A stretch of DNA of 64,000 nt, from assembly GCA_047967505.1 (NCBI GenBank), contig CM106538.1. One strand, 5' to 3'. This stretch comes from Dipteris shenzhenensis (taxonomy: Eukaryota). Below, one piece after another: positions 36,950 through 49,619 of this stretch. A program made the position numbers and the translations under genes. The notes under the pieces are model-generated. The model was not told where the DNA came from. It worked only from the letters and a program-made list of their open reading frames with translations, and ran no database searches. How positions within the stretch are numbered: position 1 is the stretch's first letter; each line of letters opens with the position of its first letter.

Positions 36950-39160
36950 CACTAGGCCTCTGCATGGACGCTCCTACATTGGTCTGTAGGGTGGGACTTG
37001 AAAAGGCACATAGCTTGTGGCTTGTAACCTAGTGGTGAATGTTGGGGGCACTTGGAAGGTCAGGAGTTTCCAAGCCCGGAGTTTTGTCTAGAGAAGTCCC
37101 TCATACATGGGTCCTCGTCTTCTATATGCTCTGGTTCAGAGGTACCAGTGAAGATCGTAGGTCCTAAGACCACAAAAATGGCCTCAGTCCTTGCATGTGG
37201 TGTAAAGGTTAATTGTCACTGGACTTCCCTTTTCGTGGGCATATTGGCAAAAGGGTTCTCCATCTTCGCTGAATCCGTTCATCCTAATCGTCCAAATATA
37301 TTGGAAATAGTTCCCCTTAGTCGGAAGGCTACGGAAGGAGTAAAAGAGTGAGGTGGAGCTGTACTTGTGTGAGGAGCTTTGGAGGATCTCGAGCCGGTTG
37401 GTTCTTGCATTTTCTTGTTCAAGCTCTCAGTCCCGTCTAAACTAGCGGGCTCACTACGTTGGGGCCTTAATACTAAATGAGAGCTAGGAATTGAATCCCC
37501 TGTTGGAGGTAAACCAAAATTGGGGTGAGAGGTGGGCAACATGTAATTCAAAATGTTGTCCTTAGGCTTAGGCTCTCTAGACAAAATTATATCGCACCTC
37601 AAGTGCATGTACAAGGTCCTTGCTTAGGCACACCCCACTTCTGTATTTTTTGTCAGGAAATTTTCCCTCAGAGCTATCCCCTCGGTCGGAGGGTTACTTG
37701 TACACCGATGCGACCAGAGCCCTGTTTCTGCATGATGCCGGATTTAGGGCTTTCAGGGGGGTTTTTTGCTTGAAAATGATGCACATGGTTGCTAGGGTGT
37801 CAGTGGCCTCCCAAATTTGAATTTTTAAAAATATTATTTCCTAAATTACAAAACCATAACCCTAATTATTTCCAAAAATGGAGTGGCAGGGGCAAGTGGC
37901 AGTGGTAGGATATCTTGGGTTTAAAATCATAAAATTTGGTTGGGTTTTCTACTCTAAACCCTAAACCCTATTTTTTATTCCCTACGAAAAAGCACTAATT
38001 TTTGTTGCTAAAATGGAACCTAGAATTATACTGATGATTTTGAATCACATGATGAAGTTGACAAAGCTACATACCTTTTCTGCCTCATCGTGGAGTGCGT
38101 CAGCTATAGTGTCCAACTCAACTCCCTTTTGTGGTTGGCCTTGAACTTCATGTTGGCTTGAGGTGCCAGCTTCTTCATCGCTCTCCCCGAACAATTCCCT
38201 CTGCAAATTCATGAACTGCTCATTGGACATGTCGTACTTTGGTGCGGCATCCTCAATTTCCTTCTGTGTTAGTTGGATTGGTGAGGCTCAAGTCATCAAA
38301 GCGTCCAATCTCATCGATTGCTAGATTGACTGGAGCATCAAAGTCAATGACATCATCAAAATGTCATTCGAGAGCTGACATAGCACCTCATCCTCTCGGA
38401 GAACGGTTTCTTTCATCACTTCTAATAGGGTAGGGTATTCCTCACCCCCTCAATTTTGATTGGATCAACCGAAGCAAGGTGTGGCTTGGTTGCTGCCTCA
38501 TTTGGATTAGAGGATGGATATGCACGAGTCGGATATGAAGATAAGATGACCTCGCTTTCAACTTGCTCCTCAGCTAGGCTAATAGTATGCTCCTCAGGCT
38601 ACAAGTCTAGGTTTAGGTCATCTCCTCCACCACTTGTTGATGGACTTGCTCCACCACTTGTGGATGCAGGACCCTCGGGCTACTTGCCAACATCCTCATC
38701 AAACTTGGTAGTCGCAAGGAGAACGGTAAGGGCTAGATCTCTCTCGATCAAATGAATTGGGGAAGATGAATCATCCCCGATGGGAATAGCGTACTCACGG
38801 AGAGAGATAGGGACATTATCCATGGTCCTACCTAGTGTCTTTTTGAAGTTAGCACTCTAGTCAAAAGAGCTCAAAATATCCTATGAAACCCATTGGTGAG
38901 GGGAGTTAGCAATCGTGACAAATTGCCCATGGATAAGTATATCAAAAAATTGAAGAGAGGGATTATCAGTAGGAAGGAGAGCTCTCAAGTGTGACTTAAG
39001 ATGGAATGCCTTGCAGAAGATAGGATAAACCTGATCTGCAAAGGCATGGGAATCAGTGGATGATATCCACTGGTCAAAAGCCTCTCTAGGGGAAGCCATG
39101 AGTGTAGGAGGATGCTCGGGAAGATGAAAGAGGAGGCTGTGGAATGCAAGGTTGCTCAAG
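36950..39160 (-). pseudogene. Decayed spliced ORF of unknown function, probably transposon-borne
   Basis: Stop-interrupted frame from MASPREAFDQWISS through acidic low-complexity sequence to DALHDEAEK|GTATGT (donor at ~38073); further coding-like pieces at 37000-37750. Confidence 0.4.
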
Positions 39161-39273
39161 AGTGGGAAACTGAAAATGTGAAAAAGACCTTAGAAGTGTA
39201 CTTTATAAATGGGCATTGCCCTTAAAAATGCTATTAAATACAATATTTTTATTTTTATTGTTTTTTCTTTGAA

Positions 39274-39322
<49 letters not shown>

Positions 39323-39523
39323 CCCTTAGCTATCTCCCTCTCCTCTCTTTCCCTCTCTCCCTCTCTCTCCCTCTCTCTCTCTCTCTCTCTCATAGACCCT
39401 CAAGGTCTTCTGAGGATGTTAATATATCTTTCTTTCTTTCCCTTCCTTTGTGTCCCTCATTGCTCTCTCTCTCTCTCAGATACCCGATGATCATCTTGTT
39501 GCCATGTTACCCTTAGCTATCTA

Positions 39524-39960
39524 TGTCATGGACATTGATTTTACATATACACTTTTTGTATTTTGTTAGCTGCTCCACCCTTTGGATCAGTTGTATCTGG
39601 GTTTTTTTTCAATCTCATAGTCTCTCAAAGACCTTAATTAACTTTCTTATTTTTCTCTTTTGCAACTTAGAGGTGCAAGTGAGTGAATGCAATCTTAACT
39701 CTCTCTCTCTCTCTCGATCCCACTCTCCATCTCCCTCTTTGTGTCCCCGTCTCCATTGTCATGGACATTGATTTACATATACACTTTTTGTATTTTGTTA
39801 GCGGATCCACCCTTTGGATTAGTTATATCTGGGTTTTTTTTCAATCTCATAGTGTCAGAAAGACCTTAATTAACTTTCGTATTTTTCTCTTTCTCAACTT
39901 AGAGGTGCAAATGAATAAATGCAATCTTAACTCTCTCAGTCTCCCTTTGTGTCCCTCCCC
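39524..39960. repeat. ~233-bp tandem duplication flanked by (CT)n tracts
   Basis: TGTCATGGACATTGATTT...ACATATACACTTTTTGTATTTTGTTAGC at 39524 and 39757. Confidence 0.85.
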
Positions 39961-40314
39961 CTCCCTTTGTCTCTTTCCCTCCCTTTGTGTCCCTGACTGC
40001 TCTCTCTCTCTCTCTCTCTCTTCATACATCTAACTCTCTCTCCCTTTGTGTCGCTTATTGCACTCTCAACTTCTCTCTCTCTTTAAAATACCCACACAAA
40101 TTTAAAATTACAAATATTTATCACTTTATCATTCATAGACCATAGAGAGCCATCAATATAGAGGTGCAGACTTAATAAAAAAATATTAACAATAAATGAA
40201 ACAACACTTTGTATTATATATGATTTCTGTTCATCCCTATATCTAACTTTGTGATTATCAAGTCTAAAATAATAGTCTTGGGGAGGGCTTGTTGTTGCCA
40301 ACTGCAATTATTCC

Positions 40315-41531
40315 CTAATAAATCGCATGGTCCACTCCTCTTCCAATTCCAACATGTCCTTGCCGATAAATTGATACCTCGACAACAGGTTTGTGAGTCC
40401 CATCACGCAGATCATCATCCATTGCTTCCCATTGAAGGTTCTTCCATCTAAACCTTCTATATGTGAAAGTCATGCAGAGATTTTGCCTTCCAATGAAATA
40501 CCTGCAAAATTTGGGATTTGTTAATACATAGTATCCTAATCATTTTTTATACAAACAAGAATTGTAAGATTTTCTCACCGAAATGTCACATCTGAAGTGT
40601 TCAATCGACATTGTACTAAATCTTTGGCATGACATGTTCTTGTTGTCCATCCATTGTCAAATAGCTCAGATAGCCAGCCCATTTCTAAGCTCTTGCAAGT
40701 GTAAGTAATCTTTGTTTTCCTTAATTGCCTACAACTTGCAAAGAAATCAATAAAGCATGGAAATGGAAGAAACCAGCTCAACCTAGCATTTCTTCCACCA
40801 GGAGTTGGCTTTATAGCATTTCTCACATCATTAAACATTCTATTTCTATATGATTCACTTATCTCCATGCTTGGAAGCAGCCATTCTGGACTATCAAAAG
40901 AGGGCAAGGGAAGAGATTCTAATCTACCATACTGTCCTTCTTCATCTGGCACAATGAACATTGAGTCATAGAAGAATATCCCATCCTTTTTTAATTCTGA
41001 TGGTGTGCGACATTCATATTGAAGACTCCCGATCTCAACATGGACGACATGCAACACCCCAGTTACGCATGATGTAGGCTCCCACTCTTTGTAAGTAGAT
41101 GGATATAAGTCTGTAAAACAAATACAAGGCATAAGACAGTAGTGTCAAAGTCCCCAAACAAATGCAAATACTCTAAAAAGCAAATGAAGTACTAGTACAC
41201 TTTGAAAAACTTACAATTGGGCCTACAATATGGAAGTCCTGCATTCGGATGCACATATTAGTTTGCATGGGTAAAGACATGCTGAATATATGCTGTGTCA
41301 CTGTGTTACTGCCAGGAGAAATTTCAAAATCTAAGATCTTTCCCTTCCAATGTTTGGAGATGTCCATTGCATCCTTCCGACCCACTTTGTAGCACGCACG
41401 ATTAGTGGGTTGCATTGTGATCCAAGAATATTTCGTGTAGAGCTGAGGAATCCATTCCCCATGCCATCCTTAACATTCTTCAATACAATAGATTGTAAAA
41501 TGCTTCTGTATCTATCATTTTCTACTTCCAT
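40315..41531 (-). pseudogene. Three-exon ORF of unknown family with a BAH-like N-terminal half; exon 1 frameshifted
   Basis: ATG at 41531; GT-AG introns 41111-41214 and 40502-40578 join in frame (RPN-Y-LYPSTYKEW; VTF-R-YFIGRQ); stop at 40315-40317. Confidence 0.6.
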
Positions 41532-41622
41532 AGTTTCTGCCCCATATGATTAAAATTAGCTCTTTCTACTTCCAAAGACCCTCCAAATTTATGTCTTCTA
41601 TTCTCTCTTACTCTTTCTTTGC

Positions 41623-41624
<2 letters not shown>

Positions 41625-41679
<55 letters not shown>

Positions 41680-42180
41680 CCCCCCCCTCCTTCCCTCTCT
41701 CCTTTAACTAAACCTCTCACAAAAACAAACACAATATTATTACAAAAAACATAGAATACTTCTCTCTCTCTCGGTCAGTCTTCCAAGGTACCCCTCACAC
41801 AAGAAAACATCAAATTTTTTTGAAATACTTAGTTTAGGATATGCTCTCTTCCTACTTTGTTTCTCTACAAACAAAGACAACATTACCAATATCATATCAC
41901 TCTCTCTCTCGCCCTCCCAAAACTCTTTGATTAGGATCTCTTTTTCCTCCTTCTTTCTCAAATACTTCTAAAACCAAGCAGTTTGAAATACAATCTCTGT
42001 CTCTCTCCCTCAATCATCCCCTCAACAGAAGAAGACATAGCAGTTCGAAATATATATCTCTCTCTCTTTTCCCTTCCTCGACCTACCCCTCCTATACTAG
42101 CAAATAAAAAAACGACTATTTTCTATCTCTCTCCCTCACTCATCCCCTGAAACAATTAAAAAAGCATAGTAGTTTCAAAT

Positions 42181-42228
<48 letters not shown>

Positions 42229-42340
42229 TATATCTATCCCTCCTATAGTAATGAAGAAAAAATGACTATTTTATGTGTCTCTCTCCCTGACTCATCCCCT
42301 CAAATAGAAAACAACATAGCAATTCAAAATAATATCTCTC

Positions 42341-42401
<61 letters not shown>

Positions 42402-42800
42402 ATCCCTCCTATGCCATAGTGAAGAAAAAAAAGTCAAAAATCATCTTGTAGTTTTACATATCATTTACCTCAATCTCTCCCTCTTCCCTGTCTCTTGTAA
42501 CAAACATATAGACAAATTGTGATACAAAAACGTATCTACTTAATACAAACAAAACTTTCAAGGTGAAATCACTTCATTACCTGGAAAGTATGTGTTCCTA
42601 CTTCTGGAGTTGACTCTATATACTCCAAAAAGGTAGAGAAAGAGCCGAAAATTATAGAACACCCACTTTTCTCATTCCTTCCAAGCAGATTTAGGTCGCA
42701 ACTTCAGGAGGTGACTCTCTATACTCCAAAAAGGTGAGGAAAGAACCGAAAATGAGAGAACACCCGTTTTTCTCTCCTTCCAAGCAGATTTAGGTTGCAA
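41625..42800. repeat. (CT)n microsatellites with ~150-bp and ~100-bp local duplications
   Basis: (CT)n at ~41626, 42186 and 42335; TGACTCTMTATACTCCAAAAAGGT...TCCAAGCAGATTTAGGTYGCAACTT at 42611 and 42712. Confidence 0.85.
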
Positions 42801-43267
42801 CTTTGGTTTCTAAGAGAGAGTGAAATAAGTAGAGAATGAATCGAAGAGAAGAGGGATGAACAAAGCTTGGATAAAAGTTTCTCCGAGAGATTTTCCCAGC
42901 TACTAGAAAGTGGCGGGAATGAATCTTTGAAACATTTTAGAAGAGAGAGAATAGGGGGAGAGCTGGTTAGGAAGTCAAAGTTTGGGCCAAATGGTTGAAC
43001 CAAATGGAAAACGTGAGCATAGTTCTAGCTAGGGGATAGTTTGCCCTGGGAGGAAAACAAGGAGGCCTGGCATGGTCAGGGCAGGCTTGCCAAAGATAAT
43101 TTTTTATTGTGAACCACCAATGACGTTTTTTGGGGTATTTAAAAAAATAAATAAAATTTCTCCTAGATTTGGGGAGCCTCTATTACAGAGAAGTCCACAT
43201 GGCATAATCTTTTTCATGGATACCATATTCCCTTATCCAAGCCTCTAATATTTTAGTAACTCTCCAA

Positions 43268-43302
43268 AGGGCCCCTTTTTTAGTCCAATATTTTTGTAAA
43301 TG
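43268..43302. repeat. Terminal-like motif, copy 2
   Basis: AGGGCCCCTTTTTTAGTCCAATATTTTTGTAAATG; similarity to copy 1 stops beyond ~35 nt. Confidence 0.6.
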
Positions 43303-43310
43303 AACCTCGA

Positions 43311-44421
43311 TGTTCAAGGGAGTTGGATGATATAAATTGCACCATCTACATAGGGCAAGAGGGGCAAACCCTAAACCTAACCCTAAGGGGTACTCATGTA
43401 TATATTCATGTTTACATTCAATACAACATAGTGTACAAGTAGCTATATCATGTGCACTCCTCTATCTCTCTCTCTCTCTCTCTCTCACTTTTGCTACCAT
43501 GGTATCAGAGCCGATGGTGCTCCCACTCCCTTCATGAGTGTCAAGCCCTCCTTCCGTGAGTCATCTTCCATTGAGAGAGGAGATTCATGAGGTTTTGGAA
43601 GGTTCAATTCATGAAGGTTTAGGCACAGTCTCCACACAGGCACATTGCATGTGACCTCCTCTCATGCCACATCACCCTCCATGCCACATCATCATTTTGA
43701 TCACTTTCTTGGGATCAAAATTTGACCATCCTTCCAGGAGCCATAACTTTTGATCCAGATGGAGTTTGGAGGTAATATAAAAAACAATAATGATTGCTAG
43801 ATCATGCTCTATGTGCTAAGCACCTTAGATCTGCCATCTGACATTTCCATAGGTCAACATAATTGAAACCTCTTCATCAGAACCACATCCTGATTCATTG
43901 CAGCATACCCAGCACATAAAATGAATCCAGATAAAATTCATTGCTGAATTTTGCGCTTTGACATGTAGTCTAACAATAGACTAGCACATCTATAGAGGAT
44001 ATTTAGCTCCAGCAAGCCAAGTCAGCCATTTCCACATTACCCGATTAGTTCCTAGCAGTGTGAGTCCCATCAGATGTATCATCGGTGTACACACTCACAT
44101 GACTAGTATTTGATCCAGTGGACTTTAATTTTTGCATATTTCCTGCCTCTTTCCTTTAGCCTATGACCCATAACTTAAGAGGGGGAAATGCACATCATGT
44201 ACAGTATCTTAAGCTATACTCATTGTACAGGCTTCACCACATAGTATTCTGATTTCATTTTCAGTTTTCTTTTCCATTTTGGATGCTATCATATGCACCA
44301 AACGAAATCGACAAAATGGTATTGTACATGCACCTCTACTTACCCAATGCCATTTAAGAGGGGGTGTTAAGAATGGTGTAAATTGCACCATCTACATAGG
44401 GCAATAGGGGCAAACCCTAAC
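43311..44421 (+). mobile_element. Small non-autonomous LTR element (TRIM-like, Copia-type PPT) with an interrupted 3' LTR
   Basis: 5' LTR 43311-43499 (TG...CA); PBS TGGTATCAGAGCC (tRNA-iMet) at 43500-43512; non-coding interior; PPT AAGAGGGGG then 3' LTR from 44365 sharing TAAATTGCACCATCTACATAGGGCAA.AGGGGCAAACCCTAA. Confidence 0.85.
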
Positions 44422-47400
44422 TGTAACAACTGTAGAAAAAGAGGGCTCTCTGATTCACCACCCAGCCACGATTTTCCAAGTGCTCTCGTATGTGAACCCC
44501 CCCTTTGAGTTCCCTTCGTTTTCTTCCTTTTGGAGCCTGTCTCTAGAAATCTCCCCTGAACCCAGTGCTTGCCACTTGGAGCCCAATTGAGTGCCACATG
44601 TCCATAAAGGACCTTAGAGCCCTAGTGCCCTTTAGAGCTTAATATTGTACTCCATATTGATACAAGCACTGTCAAGCCCCCTGGTTTCCCACTTCACCGT
44701 AATTACACTAGACAATATCGGGATTACGGCTGACGTAACATTCCCTTCCCCTTAAGAATGGTTTACGTCCTCGAAAACAAAATTGGGAAACCTCCTCTAG
44801 ATATTGCTTACCCTTTCTCATGTTGAACTCCCTTCAGGTCTATCTTTCCACTTAACCAGACAATCTTGCCATATTGTGTGTCGTGCTCTTTTTTCTTGTC
44901 TATCTAAAATTCTTTCTGGTTCATGTGGTAAAGATGCGAGTTCAATGAGTTCAACTAGGACTTCATTTCCAATGAGATTATCATCATCTCCTAATTTTCT
45001 TTTTAGCCTACTAACATGAAAAACTGGATGTACTCTACGTCCCTCAGGTAAGGCTAATTTGTAAGCAAGCTCTCCAATCCTCTTAAGTATTGTGAATGGT
45101 CCACAATACCTAGGGGACAACTTCGGGCATTTACTTGTCTTTAGAGATTCTGAAGATTCAGGTACCTTAAGGTAGAATTTCGCATTTACTTCAAACTCCA
45201 AGTTTCTATGGTGGGGGTTTGCATAACTTCATGCTCTATCTTGAGCTCTTCTTATGCTATCTTTAGCTAACTTAAGCGTTTGATTTATATCTTCAAGAAA
45301 GTCTTTGGCCGCTTGAACCTTCTCTTTTTCGAGTCCCACTGTCATTGGGGCTCTTGGTTGAAATCCATAGATCATCATGAATGGACTAAAACCTGTAGCT
45401 GAATGTTTGGCACTGTTATATGCAAATTCTAATATGGGCAAATATTGTTCCCAATTAGTTTGCCATTTACTTACATATGCTAAAAGGATATCCTCAATTA
45501 TTTGATTGACCCTTTCAGTTTGACCATCACTCTGTGGATGATCCGCAGTGCTCATATTCAATGAAGTTTCTAACCTCTTGAACACATCCCTCCAAAAATG
45601 GCTGTTAAATTTGCTATCCCAGTCACTAACAATACCGGCTGGTAGCCCATACAATCTATATATATGCTCCACAAATAGCCTAGCTAATTTTGGAGTTTTA
45701 ACATCATCACTGACAGGAATAAAATGAGCCATCTTGGTCATCTGATCCACAAGTACCCACACAGAATTGTGCCCCCTCTGTATCCTAGGTAACCCCACAA
45801 TGAAATCCATGGAGATGCTTTCCCATTTGCCAAATAGAATCTCCAATGGGTGTAGGAGACCTCCTACCTTAAGGCGTTCAGCCTTATTCACTTGGCATTT
45901 TTGGCACTTCGATACATAATCTTGGACATCCTTACCTATTCCAGGCCAAAAGAATTGCCTTTTCAGAAGCACATATGTCTTTTGAATTCCCGGGTGTCCA
46001 GCACTTGGACTATCATGACAATCAAAAAGGATTTGGCGCCTAATGTCATTATCATCCGGGGCACATACTCTACCCTTGTAGAGTAGGTAGCCATCTTCAA
46101 TAATATATTTTTCCACTTGAGTCCTTTATCACCAACCTGTGGTGTGTCGCCATTTCCATGCGACTCCTCAGTGAAAGCCTCTCGATTGGTTGGATCCCTA
46201 TTTTTAATTGCTTTCCATATTTCAGAGAAGTGAGGATCAAACTCACATTTCCCCTTTAAGGACTCTAGGAAATCATTCTGAAATTGAGTAAAACTCAATT
46301 CATTAACAATTGGCATTCGACTAAGAGAGTTTGCTACCACATTGAACTTCCCTTTCCTATATGTTAATTGTATATCAAACTCTTGCATTAACTCAGCCCA
46401 TCTAGCTTTTCTACCTTTAAGCTCTAGCTGATTACAAATCCACTTAATGCTCTCCTGATCAAAGATGATCTCAAATTTTGCACCATATAAATAGTGCCTC
46501 CACTTTTTTAAAGCATAGACTATAGCATATAGTTCCTTCTCATATGCCGAGTAATTCTGTTTGGCACGATCTAACTTTTTGCGTTCAAAAGCCACTGGTC
46601 GACCTTTTTGTATAAGTACTGTCCCAACAGCAAAATCACTGGCATCTGTCTCAACCACGAATGGTTCATTGGGATCCACTACTTTTAAGACAGGAGTTGC
46701 CGCTATAGCTACCTTTAATTTTTCAAAACTTCTCTTTTGAGGTTCATCCCATATGAAAGTGCTTCCCTTCCCCTTAAGCTGGTCCGTCATCAAAACAGCA
46801 CTCCTAGCATAATCTTGGATGAATCTCCTATAGAATCCTAACAAACCTAAGAATATTTGTAATTCTTCTAGATTTGTAGGATGTGGCCATTCCAATATGG
46901 CCCTTACTTTGTCAGGATCCATACGTACCCCTTCTTGGGATATTAGATGTCCCAAGTATTTCACTTCTTTTGCAAAGAATTCACATTTGGATTCTTTAGC
47001 AAAGAGTGAATTATCCCTAAGTAGTTGGAACACTTTCCGCAAATGTTCTAAATGTTTTTTTCTGGTTTTACTATAAATAAGGATATCGTCTAGACATACT
47101 ATAACAAATTTTCCTAGATATGGCCTTAAGACACTATTCATAACTGTCATGAAAGTTGCTGGAGCATTTGTTAATCCAAATGGCATTACTTTAAACTGAT
47201 AATGCCCACACCTAGTACGAAATGATGTCTTAGGGACATCCTCTTCCCTAATTTGTACTTGGTGATATCCTGATCTTAATTCAATTTTAGTAAAGTATTT
47301 TGCCCCTTGCAATTGATCAAAGAGCTCATCAATGCGAGGCATAGGATACTTATTTTTTATGGTGATTTTATTTAGTGCTCGGTAATCTATGCATTAACGC

Positions 47401-49300
47401 ATAGTACCATCCTTTTTCTTTACCAATGAAACTGGTGCAGTCCAAGGTGAGCTACTTGTTTCGATTTGGCCCTTCCTAAGATATTCCATTAACTGCCTTT
47501 CGACCTCACGTTCCTTCGTTTGACTAAGCCTATATAGGGGTTTACAAACAGGGGTAGATCTAAGAATTAAATCTATTTTATGATCTACTTCTCTCTCAGG
47601 AGGTAAACCATCAGGTAAATCAGACGGAAAAACATCTTTAAATTCAAACATTAAATCATTGAAAGAATATTTATACTTTTTAACATTATAAAAAACAACC
47701 CGATGCAGAAGACATAAAATTACCAATAAAAGTAAGTTCACAAAGATATACCTCGCATTCTTCTTGGTGGAGTAGTCATTCCAATTCCATCGAACAAATA
47801 AGAGAAGAGTTAGGCACATCATGTTCTTCTTGAATTTCTTCTTGAATCTGGAAGACTCTACCCTCTTTTTCAAACATAATGGAGTTATTAAGATAACTCT
47901 TCTGTAAGCTATGCCCAAGACTCTACAGCCATTCTCGACCAAGCACTACATCTGTTCGGTTGAGATGCATAATTTGGAAATCCAAGGCACCCTGATAGCC
48001 TTGAATATCCACCTCTACACCATATATCATGGTGTCCCAAACTTTTTTATCACTGCCCTTCGCCAAAGAGACCAAATATTTATGGGCACTCGGACTCTCA
48101 GGCAATTTCAATTTCTTAACTAACGAGTAGTTTAAGAAATTATGTGTTGCACTATCATCGACCATTACTCTTACTCTTTGCCCCTTAATTTTTCCATGCA
48201 TCCTCATTAAATCATGAGGACCAAAGGTGGGCTGCCACATTGCCAATGATAGACAGCAGATGTGGGTGCTATCCTCATGATAGACCTCTACCTCAGTGTA
48301 CTTTTCAATACCATTAAGCGGCAACACTTGCACCACATGTACTTGTCTTTGTGGAGGTCTATTTGGGGCTTTAGCTCCCGCTGGTTTATTTTTAGGGCAG
48401 TTCCAAGCAGCATGGTCTTTGCCCATACATTTGAAGCAAAGATTTTCTTGCGTGGCCCTTACATAATCCTCTTTCTTCAAGAGAGGATAATTTTGTGTTT
48501 GAGGTTTCTTAGGTGGTGCCTAAGGAACCTCCTTCTTAAAGTGCCCCTTTCTTTTCAAATTGGGAAATTTTTTGAACTTTGGAACAAAACCTATTTGCTC
48601 TAAAGTTCCAACTTTCAATTTCCCCATCATATCATCGTATATTTGGGCATACTTAATGGTTTCCTTGACGGTTTTAGGAGAATTTCTTTTCACCTCAACC
48701 TTATCAGTGTCTTTCAGACCTCTCACAAAACCCCTTATCTTTTGGAATTCATCAATTCCCTTCAGCTTAAGGACTGCCTCCCTATAGTTCGCTATGTACT
48801 GGACTAGAGTGTTTTTACCCATACTGCAATTGTCCCAAGCCTCCCACGCTCTTTCTAATTCATTTTCTGGTAAAAACTCTTTTAGGAAGGCTTGTTCAAA
48901 CTCAGTCCAATACTTAGGAATTCTATCACTCTCCCTGAGGCTCATCCACCATTTATAGGCTTTATTTCCAAGCGAAAGACTTGCTTCCACGACTTGATTT
49001 TTAGGAGGTGTATTCTTGAGTTGGTGGAAGTCTTGCCACTTTGGAAAAACATATTAATTGCATCTTTATTACGCTCTTTTTCTTCCCCATTGAAAATTGG
49101 TGGTTTTAAGTCCTTAAGGATGTTCGAGGTTTCTCTAAGTCGAGAGGTAGACCTCTCAACTTGATTAGGAGGAATCGGTGATTTTTCAGTATTAGATACC
49201 AATTGAGAATCGGCTATCTTAGTTATAGCTTCAGCTAGGGTTTTGAGTGTTTCACTAATAACCCCTAACTGTGTTTCTAAATTTTGTGTTCAAGTTTCAA
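44422..49300 (-). mobile_element. Chromodomain-bearing Ty3/Gypsy (chromovirus); 3' LTR present, 5' LTR not found
   Basis: LTR 44422-44740 (TG...CA); PPT GGGGAAGGGAA; gag KPPIFNGE and CFKCMGKDHAAWNC; protease [22 protein letters not shown] and [41 protein letters not shown]; chromodomain PERILD...LVKWK. Confidence 0.95.
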
Positions 49301-49619
49301 GTTTAGTGAATTTCATATATGGAATTCCATAATCACCGTAATCAATATCCTCCATTTCCACATTATCCTCTTGAGTTTCAGTTTATAGGCAAGGCTTCCA
49401 CATCTCAACTTCTCGAGGCAAGTCGGTCCCCATGGACCAAGCCAAACGTCATCAAGGTGAGCGAAGTAACAAATGAAGTACTCATCCAAGACGGTTTAGA
49501 TGAGGAGACAGCCACCCTGGCCACCTCCTTCTTATCCGGATGAGCCCATTCCCTAGGTGGTCCTGGTGTGCCCCCATACCCGAAGGTGTCATCTCCTTTG
49601 AATTATTGGCCTAATTAAT

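Noticed and set aside
36950-41531. RAG2-like gene next to the RAG1-like transposase
   Set aside because: No kelch-repeat GG motifs or PHD cysteine pattern visible in either accessory ORF
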